Source of the DNA: an uncultured Clostridia bacterium
Lineage (GTDB): Bacteria > Bacillota > Clostridia > Christensenellales > CAG-314
DNA length: 64,000 bases
Reading direction: 5' to 3'
Assembly (NCBI GenBank): GCA_947586855.1
Contig: CANPXV010000008.1
Span: 8,872-72,871, forward strand
Below the pieces are notes generated by a model. It had not been told where the DNA came from and did not search any database. It saw only the letters and a list, made by a program, of their open reading frames with translations. Shown here piece by piece: positions 15,573 through 25,310 of the stretch (the first letter of the stretch is position 1; each line of letters starts with the position of its first letter). A program made the position numbers and the translations under genes.

Positions 15573-16193
15573 ATGAACAAAAAAAGACAAGTCTACAAGC
15601 AGCGCATGAGCACCCTGGCAAAGGATATCCACAACAAGTACACCAACAAGCGCTTTGTGCAGCAGCGTCTGGCCGACGATGGCTCGGTGCAGATAGACGT
15701 TGTGCTGCCGCAGGATATGCCCCTGTTTGACGAGATGGCGCCCGCCAGATATGGGCTGGTAAACCCGGAAATTTTGCGCTGCATAGATGAGCAGGTGTAC
15801 TACATCCCCGCCGAAAACGACATCACGATAAATTTTGTGGGGAGGCAGCTGTCGCCCACGCAGCAAAAGCAACTGTCGCAGGCCGTGCACGACCACTACA
15901 ACCTGCAAGTATACGACAAGCTGGACGACATCCGCCGCAACCGTGCGCTGGGCATATTTTTGCTGGTGTTTGGTGCACTGGCGCTGGCGCTGTACTTTGT
16001 GATGACACTTGCCATCAAGCAGGAGGTGTTTTTGGAGATAATGAGCATTGTGGGCACCTTTGCCGTGTGGGAGGCCGTGGATTGCTGGCTGATACAGGGG
16101 CACGAGCGCAAAGTGGACCTCAACAACGCCTTGCAGATGGCGCTTGCCAAGGTAAAGTTTGACGCACCCGCACAGCAATCGCCGCAAAAATAA
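15573..16193 (+). CDS. Hypothetical membrane protein
   Basis: 206-aa ORF with AAGGAAG upstream and two predicted TM helices (ALGIFLLVFGALALALYFVM, IMSIVGTFAVWEAV). Confidence 0.6.
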   Translation: MNKKRQVYKQRMSTLAKDIHNKYTNKRFVQQRLADDGSVQIDVVLPQDMPLFDEMAPARYGLVNPEILRCIDEQVYYIPAENDITINFVGRQLSPTQQKQLSQAVHDHYNLQVYDKLDDIRRNRALGIFLLVFGALALALYFVMTLAIKQEVFLEIMSIVGTFAVWEAVDCWLIQGHERKVDLNNALQMALAKVKFDAPAQQSPQK

Positions 16194-16290
16194 TTGTCGA
16201 ATATGTAAACTTGACACGCAGCAATAACCTGCGTGTTTTTTTTGCGGTATTTTTTGCAAAGTGGGGCATACTATCCGCAGGAGAAGATCT

Positions 16291-17010
16291 ATGCAAAAAA
16301 TTGCCGAAAAAGTTGCCATTGTCGCCCAAATCTGCATCACGTTTGTTTTTGTTGTGACCACCCTGCTGTATCTTTTTAACGTGATACCCGAAAACGCCGC
16401 CCTGGCCAACAACGGAGTGCTGGGCACGCTTGTGGCCGTGCTGGCTGTGGTGTATCTGCTGCTTAGCGGCTACATTGTCTACATCAATTTTTCCGACGCA
16501 GAAAGCCTGCGGCAGGTGCTGCTGCATTGCGACAGCGAAAGCGCCACCCACGCCAATGCCAAGGTGATCAAAAACATCGTGAAAAGCTGCTGCAAACGGG
16601 TGGACGGCGTGCGAGTGCGCCGGGTCAAAATGCGCACCGACGAAAAACACGGCCTGATTGTGACTCTTAAAGTGGACATATCCACCCACAATATGTCTCA
16701 ATCGATAGACGTTTTGCGCTGCTTGCTGGCCGACGCTTTCAAAAACACACTGGGGCTGACCTTCAACTCGATAAATTTTGTGGTGCGCAAGCTAAAAAAC
16801 CGCTACAAACCCGACATCAACAAGGCCGAACGGCTGGCCAAGACCCTCACCCAGCAGCGAGAGATATCCGCCGACATCTACGACCAGCCCTTTACCGACA
16901 ACTGCGAGGAGTGCGCCAAGGCCGACGACCAAGCCTCCAATGCCGAGCAGGAGGACCTGGACGCCGTGCAAGATATCCGCCAACAACTGCACGACAACGC
17001 ACAAAAATAG
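16291..17010 (+). CDS. Hypothetical membrane-anchored protein (possibly Asp23/AmaP-like; the function call is weak)
   Basis: AGGAGAAG lies upstream of the ATG at 16291. It has two N-terminal TM helices and an acidic C-terminus, and a terminator lies downstream. Confidence 0.55.
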   Translation: MQKIAEKVAIVAQICITFVFVVTTLLYLFNVIPENAALANNGVLGTLVAVLAVVYLLLSGYIVYINFSDAESLRQVLLHCDSESATHANAKVIKNIVKSCCKRVDGVRVRRVKMRTDEKHGLIVTLKVDISTHNMSQSIDVLRCLLADAFKNTLGLTFNSINFVVRKLKNRYKPDINKAERLAKTLTQQREISADIYDQPFTDNCEECAKADDQASNAEQEDLDAVQDIRQQLHDNAQK

Positions 17011-17071
17011 GGCAACTGGTTGACTTTTTGCAAAAATTTAGCGCAATTTGGCCGGGCAGGCAAATATGCAA

Positions 17072-17103
17072 ACGGCTCTCCTGATAGAGAGCCGTGTTTT
17101 TTT
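17072..17103 (+). terminator. Intrinsic terminator
   Basis: ACGGCTCTCctgataGAGAGCCGT followed by G and T7. Confidence 0.75.
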
Positions 17104-17370
17104 GTTTGTTGATTTATTTTTTCATTTAAGTGCGGCGGTTGACGCACCTCGCCTGCAACATTTTTTGTCTTTTACTTTTCGTTTGTAAATTTGGTTTTTT
17201 GCGGAGTTTAGTTTTTGCAATGTGCGCTTTTGCACCCTCGTGCTTTGATTTTTGCCGTCGAAAATAACTTTTTTCCACCCCCATATTGTGTTTTTGGGTG
17301 GAGATTGGGCGTTTTCGAGGCGTGTCAAACCGCTGTATCCTTCCGCCATATTCTGTGTTTGCAGGGCGGG

Positions 17371-18792
17371 CTACTCTTCTTCTATCTTGCCCACCTTGAT
17401 GAGGTTGGTGCCTGCTCGGGTGCCAAGGGGCACGCCTGCCGTGATGACGATGTTGTCGCCCGGCTCGGCAATGCCCAAGCGGCGGACGGTCTCCTCGGCG
17501 TTGATGAACATATCGTCGGTGTTGTCGAAGGTCTGGCAGATGGTGGGCACAACGCCCCAGCTGGTGGACAATTGGTGATAGACCCTGTCGCTGTTGGCCA
17601 TGGCCACCACCACTGCCGCAGGACGAAAACGGCTGACCATGCGGGCCGAAACGCCGCTTTCCGTGTACACCACGATGGCCTTGGCGTTGATATCGAAGGC
17701 AGTGTTGACGGCGGCGTGGCTGATGGCGTCGGTGTTGTCCATCAGGGCGATGGGATAGGAGCGGTACATAGCGTTGTAGTCCACGTTGCGCTCGGCCTCC
17801 TCGGCTATGCGGGCCATTGTTGCAATAGTGTTGGGGGGATTGATACCCACAGCGCTCTCCGCCGAAAGCATGACGCAGCTGCTGCCGTCGTACACGGCGT
17901 TGGCCACGTCTACGATCTCCGCACGGGTGGGGCGCAGCTTTGTCACCATGCTCTCCAACATCTCGGTGGCGGTGATGACAAATTTGCCCTTCATGCGGCT
18001 TTTGGTGATGAGCATTTTTTGTATGGCGGGCAATTTTTCGTAGGGCAGCTCCACACCGAGGTCGCCGCGGGCAACCATTATGCCGTCCGACTCCTCGATG
18101 ATCTCGTCGATGTTGTTGACGCCGCTTTGGCTCTCTATCTTGGATACGATACAAACGTCCTTTGCGCCGTGGCTAAGCAGGTATTGGCGGATCTGTCGCA
18201 CGCTTTCGGCGTCCTGCACAAAGCTGGCGGCGTACAGTTCGGCGTTATTTTTGATGCCGAAATCCAAATCCCGCTTGTCCTGCTCGGACAAAAACGGCAT
18301 GTTTATCTTGATATTGGGCACAAACAGCCCCTTGCGGTTGGAGAGGGTGCCGCTGTTTTGCGCCACGGTTTTGATGGTCTCGCCGTCGATGGCGGTGATT
18401 TTGAAGGCAAGCAGACCGTCGTTGAGCAAAATCTGGCAGCCCACCGCCACATCCTGATACAGTTGCTTGTAGGTGATGGACACCTTGCTTTCGTTGCCCT
18501 CCGATCCGTCGTTTACAAAGTCGAAAGGCATGCCTTCCTTTACTTCTATCTGGCCGTTTTCGAAGGTGCCGATACGTATCTCCGGCCCTTTGGTGTCGAT
18601 CATGATGGGTATGGGCAGGCCCAAACTGCGGCGCACCTTTTTGACGGTGTCGATCTTGGCCTGATGCTCCTCGTAGAGGCCGTGGCTCATGTTGATACGG
18701 GCAACGTTCATGCCGGCCAGCGCCATTTTTTTGATTTGGTCGTAGGTGCTGCTTGCCGGACCGAGGGTACACACAATTTTGGTTTTTCTCAT
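17371..18792 (-). CDS. pyk: Pyruvate kinase
   Basis: MRKTKIVCTLGPAS..NVARINMSHG, MIDTKGPEIR and MVARGDLGVE. GGAGGT lies upstream of the ATG at 18792. Confidence 0.92.
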   Translation of the reverse strand: MRKTKIVCTLGPASSTYDQIKKMALAGMNVARINMSHGLYEEHQAKIDTVKKVRRSLGLPIPIMIDTKGPEIRIGTFENGQIEVKEGMPFDFVNDGSEGNESKVSITYKQLYQDVAVGCQILLNDGLLAFKITAIDGETIKTVAQNSGTLSNRKGLFVPNIKINMPFLSEQDKRDLDFGIKNNAELYAASFVQDAESVRQIRQYLLSHGAKDVCIVSKIESQSGVNNIDEIIEESDGIMVARGDLGVELPYEKLPAIQKMLITKSRMKGKFVITATEMLESMVTKLRPTRAEIVDVANAVYDGSSCVMLSAESAVGINPPNTIATMARIAEEAERNVDYNAMYRSYPIALMDNTDAISHAAVNTAFDINAKAIVVYTESGVSARMVSRFRPAAVVVAMANSDRVYHQLSTSWGVVPTICQTFDNTDDMFINAEETVRRLGIAEPGDNIVITAGVPLGTRAGTNLIKVGKIEEE

Positions 18793-18989
18793 ATATACCT
18801 CCACTGCACATTTTGGGGTACTTTCGCAGAGTACCATATTTTGCATTATAAACAGTATAATACAGTTGTCAAATTTTGTAAATACAATTTTCGGTTGAAT
18901 AATATGCGCAAAACAACCGATAAGTGCATTTTGCAATTGACAAAGACGGACGGCAATGAGATAATATTGTACGCAAAAGGAGCATCGAT

Positions 18990-19916
18990 ATGAAGGAATT
19001 TGTAAATGTTGCCGCCGAGGTGCGGCACGCCCTGCAACACAACAAACCCGTGGTGGCGTTGGAGTCCACCATCATATCCCACGGCATGCCCTATCCGCAA
19101 AACGTGCAAACGGCCTTGCAGGTGGAGCAGATCGTGCGGGACAAGGGCTGCGTGCCCGCCACCGTGGCCGTGATAAGCGGCAAATTGACGGTTGGTTGCA
19201 GCCGAGAGGAAATCGAGCTGCTGGGCAAGCTGGGCACAAGCGTTGCCAAGGTGTCTCACAGAGATTTGCCCCTTGTGCTGGCGCAAGGATCGCACGGCGC
19301 CACCACTGTTGCCGCAACAATGTACGCATGCAAGTTGGCGGGCATACAGATTTTTGCCACGGGCGGCATTGGCGGGGTGCATCGCAACGCACAGCAGACG
19401 ATGGATATATCCGCCGACCTGGACGAGCTGCAACACACACCCGTCACCGTGGTGTGCGCAGGGGCAAAATCCATCTTGGATATCGGCCTGACATTGGAGT
19501 GTCTGGAAACCAGGGGCGTGCCTGTGATTGGCTTTGGCACCGAAGATATGCCGGCGTTCTACACGCAAAAAAGCGGCTACAAAGTGGATTGCCGTCTGGA
19601 CAGCGCAAAAGAAATTGCCTCCGTCATTGCAGCGCACAACGCCATCGGCATGCAAAACGGCACGCTGGTGGTCAATCCCATACCGCAGCAGTACTCGATG
19701 GACGCCGACTACATAGCGCAAAACATAGATATGGCCGTGAAGGAGGCGGAAGCTCTCGGTATCGGCGGCAAACAGCTGACGCCCTTTTTGCTGGACAAAA
19801 TCCAGCGCCTGACGCAGGGCAAAAGTCTGCAAGCCAACATACAGCTGGTATTCAACAACGTGCGCCTCGCCTGCGACATAGCAGCCGAGCTGTGCGCACT
19901 GTCGGTGCAAAAATAA
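18990..19916 (+). CDS. psuG: Pseudouridine-5'-phosphate glycosidase
   Basis: The VALESTIISHGMPYPQN block and overall length are typical of PsuG. Confidence 0.85.
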   Translation: MKEFVNVAAEVRHALQHNKPVVALESTIISHGMPYPQNVQTALQVEQIVRDKGCVPATVAVISGKLTVGCSREEIELLGKLGTSVAKVSHRDLPLVLAQGSHGATTVAATMYACKLAGIQIFATGGIGGVHRNAQQTMDISADLDELQHTPVTVVCAGAKSILDIGLTLECLETRGVPVIGFGTEDMPAFYTQKSGYKVDCRLDSAKEIASVIAAHNAIGMQNGTLVVNPIPQQYSMDADYIAQNIDMAVKEAEALGIGGKQLTPFLLDKIQRLTQGKSLQANIQLVFNNVRLACDIAAELCALSVQK

Positions 19917-19995
19917 CGTGCAGACACGCCATTTAAGCGTGCAACTTGCGGCGTTAAAGAGCGTTACTGCAACATATCATTGGAGATAACTACAA

Positions 19996-20679
19996 ATGAG
20001 ATTTGGCGGACTGCAAAAACTTACATTGCTGGACTATCCCGAAAAGGTGGCCTGCACGGTGTTTTGTGCGGGGTGCAATCTGCGCTGTCCCTTTTGCCAC
20101 AACAAGACGATCGTGTGCGGCGATGGGGACGAGTGGACCCGTGAGGAGATATTGACCTTTCTTGCCAAGCGGCGCCCCGTGCTGGAAGGGGTCTGTCTGA
20201 CGGGCGGCGAACCGCTGATTTATCCCGATGTGGCGCAATTTTTGCGTCAAATCAAGGACATGGGTTACAAAATCAAGCTGGACACCAACGGCACATTCCC
20301 CTACAAGCTGCAAAATCTGTTGGAGAGCGGCCTGGTGGACTACGTGGCGATGGACGTCAAAAACTCGCCCGAGCTGTACTCGGCGACGACGGGCGCGGCT
20401 GCGGACGTGGCCTCGGTGGAGCAATCCGTGCGGCTGCTGTTGCAGGGCAGGGTGGCATACGAATTCCGCACCACCGTCACCAAAACGCACCACACCGAGA
20501 ACAGCCTGATAGACGTTGCCAAGTGGCTGGCGCAAGCCGACAAGTGGTATCTGCAACAATTTGTGCACAGCGACGACCTGATAGATCCCACCGTGGAGGG
20601 CTACACCGACGACGAGCTGCGCTCCCTCTGCGAGGCCGTCAGACCCTACTGTCCCAATGTGCACGTGCGAGGCATTTGA
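19996..20679 (+). CDS. nrdG: Anaerobic ribonucleoside-triphosphate reductase activating protein (radical SAM)
   Basis: N-terminus GLQKLTLLDYPEKVACTVFCAGCNLRCPFCHN. No nrdD gene lies next to it in this window. Confidence 0.85.
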   Translation: MRFGGLQKLTLLDYPEKVACTVFCAGCNLRCPFCHNKTIVCGDGDEWTREEILTFLAKRRPVLEGVCLTGGEPLIYPDVAQFLRQIKDMGYKIKLDTNGTFPYKLQNLLESGLVDYVAMDVKNSPELYSATTGAAADVASVEQSVRLLLQGRVAYEFRTTVTKTHHTENSLIDVAKWLAQADKWYLQQFVHSDDLIDPTVEGYTDDELRSLCEAVRPYCPNVHVRGI

Positions 20680-20694
20680 AATAATTTCGCCGCT

Positions 20695-20752
20695 GCACCT
20701 CGCCAGCGGGGCCACCTCGCCGGTGGGGCCGCCTCGCCGGCGGGGCGAGTTG
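20695..20752 (+). repeat. Mosaic REP-like units (three tandem units) downstream of nrdG
   Basis: CACCTCGCCAGCGGGGCCACCTCGCCGGTGGGGCCGCCTCGCCGGCGGGGCGAG, then the hairpin GAAGGGGCTGCATGTGCCTTC plus a T-run near 20785-20815. Confidence 0.8.
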
Positions 20753-20941
20753 AGGCTGATATCTATACAAGGTTTGTTTATTAAGGAAGGGGCTGCATGT
20801 GCCTTCTTTTTTTGGGGATTTTCGACGTTATCTGACAAAAAATTGTCATTTTGATTGCAAAAATCTTGCATTTTGTTGGGTGCAAACAGTTGATTTTGCC
20901 GAAAAATGGGGCTATAATGAAATCATCAAGGGAGGGAGACT

Positions 20942-21667
20942 ATGTACAAAAATTTTATTTTTGACGTGTACGGCACGCTGGTGGACATCCGCACCAACGA
21001 GTACGAGCAGGACACTTGGCAAAAACTGCGGGATACGCTGGCCTTTTACGGCGTGGACTACACCGCCGACGAGCTACGGCAGGCTTATTTTGGCAGTTGC
21101 GAGCTGCAAATCACGCTGGGCAGCAAGCAGTACGCCCACCCCGAAGTGGACGTTGTGGAAGTGTTTCGGCACATCTTTGAAAACAAAAACAAAAAGGCGT
21201 CCAAACAGTTGGCAACGCACATTGCGCAGCAGTTCAGGGCGTTTTCTACCGAATATCTGCGGGTTTTTGACGGGGTGACGGACACGCTGAAAGAGCTGCG
21301 GCATGCAGGCAAAAAGCTGTACATTTTGTCCAATGCGCAAACCTGCTTTACCAAGCCGGAGCTGGCCAAGCTGGGCCTCAGCAGATATTTCCACGGGATC
21401 ATGTACTCATCCGACCAGGGGTGCGCCAAGCCCGACCCGACGCTGTTCTATCGTCTGACGGAAAAATACCACCTGGACACAAAGGAGTGCATCTACATCG
21501 GCAACGACCCCACAACGGACGTCAACGGCGCCCGCAACGCCAAGATGGACTGCTGCTGGATCAAAACCTGCAACACTCCCGAGGGCGTTTCGCCGAAATT
21601 TGCGCCCAAGTACACCATTGCCAACGGCGACTTTGCCGAGATACCTCGCCTGCTGCTTAAAAAGTAG
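20942..21667 (+). CDS. HAD-superfamily hydrolase
   Basis: Motif I FDVYGTLVD, followed downstream by SNA and GND motifs. Confidence 0.8.
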   Translation: MYKNFIFDVYGTLVDIRTNEYEQDTWQKLRDTLAFYGVDYTADELRQAYFGSCELQITLGSKQYAHPEVDVVEVFRHIFENKNKKASKQLATHIAQQFRAFSTEYLRVFDGVTDTLKELRHAGKKLYILSNAQTCFTKPELAKLGLSRYFHGIMYSSDQGCAKPDPTLFYRLTEKYHLDTKECIYIGNDPTTDVNGARNAKMDCCWIKTCNTPEGVSPKFAPKYTIANGDFAEIPRLLLKK

Positions 21668-21676
21668 TTTTTATTG

Positions 21677-21750
21677 CGCCTCGCCGCACATTGCCGGTGG
21701 GGCCACCTCGCCGCACCTCGCCGGTGAGGCCACCTCGCCGGTGATGCGGG
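21677..21750 (+). repeat. Mosaic REP-like units downstream of the HAD gene
   Basis: GCCTCGCCGCACATTGCCGGTGGGGCCACCTCGCCGCACCTCGCCGGTGAGGCCACCTCGCCGGTGATGC. The 3' module GGCTGATATCTATACAAGGTTTGTTTATTAAGGAAGG is the same as at 20755. Confidence 0.8.
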
Positions 21751-21954
21751 TTGGGCTGATATCTATACAAGGTTTGTTTATTAAGGAAGGCACTGCGTGT
21801 GCCTTCTTTTTTGATTTTTTCCGTGGTTTCCGATATTCCAAGCAGTCTCGGCGCAGGTATGTGATGGCACATGTTTAGTTGAAAGCAACTTGTTTTGTTG
21901 CTCCCAAACATAAACATTTGTCACGGAGCTTTTTTGGCCCGTTCCTACCGCACC

Positions 21955-22158
21955 TCAAAAGCCGTTGATGGCGCCGAAAACGCCATTGCTGCCCACGCTG
22001 TTGGTTGTGGATCGGTTGCAGCAGCGGCTGTTGAGATAGCAATTTAGCAGCAGTATCACAAAGGCGATGACCAGCCCATTTGTGAGGGACAGCTTGCCGT
22101 CCTTGTCCAGCACGGCGTAAAGCAGCAACAGATACAGCAAACTTGATGTGATATTCAT
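21955..22158 (-). CDS. Small hydrophobic protein (67 aa)
   Basis: AAAGGGGA lies 6 nt upstream of the ATG at 22158. It has two hydrophobic segments and a Cys-rich tail. Confidence 0.5.
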   Translation of the reverse strand: MNITSSLLYLLLLYAVLDKDGKLSLTNGLVIAFVILLLNCYLNSRCCNRSTTNSVGSNGVFGAINGF

Positions 22159-22280
22159 AAAAATCCCCTTTGATTTGTCAAACTTTGTTTTTTTACTACA
22201 ATATGCGGCAATGTTTGCCAATGTGACAGCGGTACAATTTTTTTATCAAAAGGGTACAAGCCCACATATGGGAGGCGGCT

Positions 22281-22610
22281 ATGCTTGCAGCTACAACAAA
22301 AGTGCTGGACGATATGGATTGCTATCTGCCCGACGACAACAGCGTCAGGCGCATTGCACGCTTTTTTGCGCTGCTGGCCGACCCTTCGAGGGTAAAATTG
22401 CTAAGCGCATTGGCCATTTCGCCGCTGTGCGTAAGCGACATAGCCGACATATTGAAGATGAACCAGACGACCGTGTCGCACCAGCTGCGCCTGCTGCGTG
22501 ACGTGGACATTGTGACCTGCGAGCGGCAAGGCAAGATACTGAAATACAAGATCGCCAACCCAAAAATAAACGAGATTTTGCTTGTCGGCGTGGAATACCT
22601 TGGCTTTTGA
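22281..22610 (+). CDS. ArsR/SmtB-family transcriptional regulator
   Basis: LADPSRVKLLSAL..CVSDIA..LKMNQTTVSHQLRLLR is a winged-HTH signature. Confidence 0.85.
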   Translation: MLAATTKVLDDMDCYLPDDNSVRRIARFFALLADPSRVKLLSALAISPLCVSDIADILKMNQTTVSHQLRLLRDVDIVTCERQGKILKYKIANPKINEILLVGVEYLGF

Positions 22611-22820
22611 GCGCCACGCACAGATTTTTTTAAAAAAAACTCGGTCTTTGCCGAGCTTTTGTAACGTGTGATTGAAATTTAGCCGAGTTGTTGTGATGTG
22701 TTATAGAAATAACGCCCCACTCAATTTTTTCAATATATTATAAAAACTTTTCGCTTTTTATCAATATTTCAAAATTTTGTCAATATGCCGCAATTTCGCA
22801 GGGGATTGGTGGAGCAAAGG

Positions 22821-23201
22821 TCAGGCGAGGCGTTTGAGCCGCTCCAAAATTTCCTCGTCGGCGGGGCAAAACTCAAATTCATCGATTTGTTGGGGCGTGA
22901 TCCAGCGCATGTCGTTGTGCTCCAACAGGCGGGGCGTGTCGTCGGTGGAGGCGTTGAACAAAATCAGGTGCACGGTCGTGTCGGGGTAGGTGTGGGTGAC
23001 CTCGCAAAACACGTCGCCCACGGCAACGTCGATGGCCAATTCCTCACGGCACTCTCGGCGCAGTGCCTGCTGAGGCGTCTCGCCGGGCTCCACCTTGCCG
23101 CCGACAAACTCCCACAGCAGGGCACGTTTTTTGTCGGCGGGGCGCTGACATATCAAAAATTTTCCGTTGCGCCAAATGAGCGCAGCCACAACTTGAAGCA
23201 T
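22821..23201 (-). CDS. NUDIX hydrolase (MutT-like)
   Basis: Nudix box GGKVEPGETPQQALRRECREELAI. GGAGGA lies upstream of the ATG at 23201. Confidence 0.85.
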   Translation of the reverse strand: MLQVVAALIWRNGKFLICQRPADKKRALLWEFVGGKVEPGETPQQALRRECREELAIDVAVGDVFCEVTHTYPDTTVHLILFNASTDDTPRLLEHNDMRWITPQQIDEFEFCPADEEILERLKRLA

Positions 23202-23220
23202 TTTTCCTCCATTGCCACCG

Positions 23221-23275
23221 CACCTCGCCGGTAGGGCGAGTAGGGATAGCAAGCACCCGTCTGTTGGACGAGTGC
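23221..23275 (+). repeat. Mosaic REP-like unit plus hairpin, antisense to the flanking minus-strand genes
   Basis: CACCTCGCCGGTAGGGCGAGTAGGGATAGCAA, then GCACCCGTCtgttgGACGAGTGC and a T-run. The modules GAGACCTACTTTTTGACGAAGTAGGTCT and ATATTGCAAGG follow (23320-23375). Confidence 0.75.
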
Positions 23276-23466
23276 AGGTTTTTTGATAAATTTGAACTAC
23301 TTTTTGACAAATGAGACCTACTTTTTGACGAAGTAGGTCTTTTTCAATCGTATATTGCAAGGTTCCGCAAGTAATGTTCGGGCACGCGAGCGATCCAAAC
23401 ACAAAACCGGACGCTTCCAACCAAACCCTTGCAATCGCGGGCCTGTTTGCTTACATAAAACTATTT

Positions 23467-24210
23467 CTATTCCGTTTTGTCGGGCGGGGTTTGCTCCACC
23501 TCGCTTGCGGGGGATTGCTCGACTTGCGCCTCGTTTGCGGGGATCTCGGTTGCGGGTTCTTCGCTTGCGGGGGTTGGCTCAACGTTCGCCTCGACATTGT
23601 TGCCGTCGTCGGCGGCAGAAAGCTCGTCCTCTTTGATAATTTCGTCATGGCAATGGAGCAATTCGGCGTAGAACTCCGCCTCAGCCGCATCAAAGTAGGG
23701 CCGCAGGAAAATGTAGCCTATGCCCAGCGACACAACGCACAGCAAATACCAACCGATAAAGGACAGCCTCAGCTTGAACAGCTTCCACTTGAAGCCACGC
23801 ATCAGCTCCTTGCTGCGGGTGATGGCGTCGTTTGCTCCCAGCTCGAAGTCCAGCATCACAAAGTACATCTGGCTGTACGCAAAGGGCTTGATGCAACCGC
23901 CGATGACCTGCCCCACAATGGGGATGAGATTCCACAAAATGATGTACAACGCACGCAGCAGATATCCGCCAAGCGAGCTGCCGTAGCGGTCAAATCCGCA
24001 AAAAATTTGGCCCAGCTCGTTGTCGTCCTGCTCTCGCTGCTGTTTGAGGTAGTAGCCGTTTATGCCTGCCTCCATGGGGCCCGCAGTAAACACTATGCCC
24101 ACGCTGCCGATAATCCTGCCCAAAACGCTGGCGCCGACAGACCGCCAATAGTGTCCGTGAAGGCGATCCCAGGCACGACAACGCAACTCTTTGCATTTTA
24201 CATCCATCAT
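23467..24210 (-). CDS. DUF975-family integral membrane protein with an acidic/Pro-rich C-terminal tail
   Basis: The N-terminal pattern ..AW..L.G.YW and the multiple TM helices are typical of DUF975. Confidence 0.65.
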   Translation of the reverse strand: MMDVKCKELRCRAWDRLHGHYWRSVGASVLGRIIGSVGIVFTAGPMEAGINGYYLKQQREQDDNELGQIFCGFDRYGSSLGGYLLRALYIILWNLIPIVGQVIGGCIKPFAYSQMYFVMLDFELGANDAITRSKELMRGFKWKLFKLRLSFIGWYLLCVVSLGIGYIFLRPYFDAAEAEFYAELLHCHDEIIKEDELSAADDGNNVEANVEPTPASEEPATEIPANEAQVEQSPASEVEQTPPDKTE

Positions 24211-24328
24211 TGATAGCTTCCTCCTTGGTTGCTGATAAACAAATTATAGCCCAATGGAGTCCGATAAGTCAATACCTTTTGATTTTTTAGCAAAAAAACA
24301 CCCACCTCGCTAGCGAGGTGGGACAAGA

Positions 24329-24946
24329 TTACTTTTGTTTGCTGCGGCGCACAAAGTAGATAAGCACAAACCACAGCACCACCAGCACCTGCAATGCGGC
24401 ACCGATAAGATATATCATCCAGGCGTAGTTGGTCAAAACGTCGTTGAGTACCAGATGTATCAGCAGGCACAGCGTCCATATGAGCGCCGACGCCACAACG
24501 CCCCGCATCCACAGCTTGCCCCAAACGCAGCTGAACACCAACGTGACAATGAGGGCAACGGGTATGGCGGTGATGTAGGCATACTTGGCCACTTCTCTGC
24601 CGTCGGCAGGGGCCACCATCCACCACACAGCCATCACTATCGTGGCAATCAAAAACACAAGCCCTGCGCTTAGCAGTGTGATGAGCCACCGCTTTGCCCA
24701 AAAATCTTTGAGGCGCAGTTTTTTGCGCTGGACAGGGTGCGACGCCAAAAAATCGTTGACGGTGATGCCGTAGATATCCGCCAGCTCTTTCAGCACAAGT
24801 ACATCGGGTACGCCTTCGCCTCGCTCCCACTTGCTGACAGCCTTGTCGGTATAGTTTATTTTTTCCGCCAGCTGCTGCTGCGTGAGGTGCGCCTGCTTGC
24901 GATATTCCGCCAGATTGTTGGCAATTGTTTGCTTCAACTCATCCAT
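24329..24946 (-). CDS. XRE-family HTH regulator fused to a multi-pass membrane domain
   Basis: LAEYRKQAHLTQQQLAEKINYTDKAVSKWERGEGVPDV, followed by four hydrophobic helices. Confidence 0.8.
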   Translation of the reverse strand: MDELKQTIANNLAEYRKQAHLTQQQLAEKINYTDKAVSKWERGEGVPDVLVLKELADIYGITVNDFLASHPVQRKKLRLKDFWAKRWLITLLSAGLVFLIATIVMAVWWMVAPADGREVAKYAYITAIPVALIVTLVFSCVWGKLWMRGVVASALIWTLCLLIHLVLNDVLTNYAWMIYLIGAALQVLVVLWFVLIYFVRRSKQK

Positions 24947-25310
24947 ATTGTGTATTATACCACACACATCAAGGCTTGGCAAGCATAAACGGGGGCAAAA
25001 ATGCAACTCTACTGTGAGTAGAGTGCCCCGAAAACAACTCTACCAAGCCAAATTTGATTTGTAGATTTTGTATAAATAGCAGTAGGGAGACTTTTTGCGT
25101 AAATAAAGTATAATAAAATCAGCAAAAACGTTCCGGCAAACCAACGAAAGAAGAAATTTTCAGCCAAAACGTTCGGAAAGCCAAAAATTTCGGTTTAGAC
25201 ATTCGGGCAAGCGAGTAAAAAGAGATGTTTTTAGCTAAATCGTTCGGGCAATCGAACCAATAGAAGAAAAATCGGCCAACACTTTGGGCCACCAACAAAA
25301 GGAGAAAAAA

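Noticed and set aside
15366-16427. 353-aa minus-strand ORF
   Set aside because: It lies antisense to two plus-strand genes that have good RBSs, and it crosses their intergenic region.
17215-18993. 592-aa plus-strand ORF, plus 17126-18154 on the minus strand
   Set aside because: The first lies antisense to pyruvate kinase and the second is out of frame with it, and pyruvate kinase is unambiguous. The translations are repetitive G/H/V/A or R/H/G-rich.
18846-19910. 354-aa minus-strand ORF
   Set aside because: It lies antisense to psuG.
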